Source: Azolla caroliniana
Lineage: Eukaryota > Plantae > Polypodiophyta
Length of the DNA stretch: 64,000 nt
Assembly: GCA_043228905.1 (NCBI GenBank)
Contig: JBHGNT010000006.1
Coordinates: 22,444,001-22,508,000 of the forward strand
Direction of reading: 5' to 3'
Shown here piece by piece: positions 63,130 through 64,000 of the stretch. Under the pieces are notes generated by a model. It saw nothing but the letters and a program-made list of their open reading frames with translations. It had not been told where the DNA came from and did not search any database. The stretch's first letter is position 1. Every line of letters starts with the position of its first letter. Both the position numbers and the translations under genes were made by a program.

Positions 63130-63620
63130 TTTGTGATCAAGGTCCATGTATCGCACTTTGTGATGTACGTTGCTAAACTAAGATGCCTTGACATCGTCTA
63201 GTTTTTCATGTTCATGAAAATCCATTTTCATCACAAACCTCTCACCTCAAAGTGTTTAGATGTCATCCACACAATGACGGAGTGGGTTCACTAAGATGGT
63301 GCATTTTTTCCCATGCATCAAGACCATCAAATAGCTAACGCTCTAATGAGTGAAATAGTTGGACATCATGGTTTCCCATATTACATGATCAATGGTTGTT
63401 GGCCACAATTCATCTAAAAATTTCAGAAACATTTGCTCAAAATGTTGAAAATATATTGTAAACTCTTATCAAGCTATCATCCACCAAGAGCGGTCTATAG
63501 TATATACAATAAGATGATGTAGCAATATATTCGTTGCTTCATCAATTATCAACTAAATGTTGGGTTTACTTCATTCGTTTTGTAATTATTTCTTACTACA
63601 ATTCAAATATTCCCTTGATC
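63130..63620 (+). mobile_element. Degenerate gypsy (chromovirus-like) integrase remnant
   Basis: FTKMVHFFPCIKTI...EIVGHHGFP...PQFI*KF...SSYHP parallels the integrase at 10724-11182. Confidence 0.7.
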
Positions 63621-64000
63621 ACAAACATATTTGACTTGTTGGAATTGTAGCATGGAGATCAAAGAAGCGAACAACAAGTGAGTTATCCTCCACGTGAGTG
63701 GAATATGTAGTTGTTGCACTATTGTTAAACGATAAATATGAATCCACCCTATCCTCAAAGAACTAAACACCTTTGAGGTTTCTACACTAAATCTGTATAC
63801 TATATAGTGACAATCGTTCATGTAAAGGCTAGCTTTTTAATCCAAAGATTAATGATAACATTTCTCAAGTTTATTAATTAAAACAGAGAGATTGGATATG
63901 AAGCACGTGCCTATGATGTTTAAGTGGATAGATTTCTTGATGATGCTATTGTCATGAATAAAACATATGGTATGTCATTGAACGATTGGTTTAATAATGT

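Overview
AT-rich eukaryotic (land-plant) nuclear DNA with GT-AG introns. The TE mix (Tcn1-like chromovirus, RTEX-like LINEs, TE-filled introns) suggests a non-seed plant such as a fern; this is inference. Three complete spliced genes were reconstructed by hand: a C2A9.03/DUF2415-like WD40 protein (24296-29298, +), a STRAP-like WD40 protein (31864-44738, +) and an FCA-like 2xRRM+WW protein with 21 coding exons (60005-46209, -). A near-identical partial second copy of the first gene lies at 1-2285 and has a new C-terminus that is probably LINE-derived. Between the two copies is a multi-layer retrotransposon nest, bracketed by a 227-bp inverted duplication of a dead L1 fragment. The most unusual structure is a Copia element in STRAP intron 2 with inverted LTRs. 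Its 5' LTR is joined at the terminal CA to the middle of its own RT, which is the layout expected of an autointegration product. It also carries a second internal inversion, a LINE fragment and a hAT MITE. Other signals are a Tf1-type self-priming signature and a candidate gag-pol intron in the chromovirus, and a long FCA intron inside RRM1. All alignments and identities are by eye and approximate; family names come from motif recognition, not database searches.
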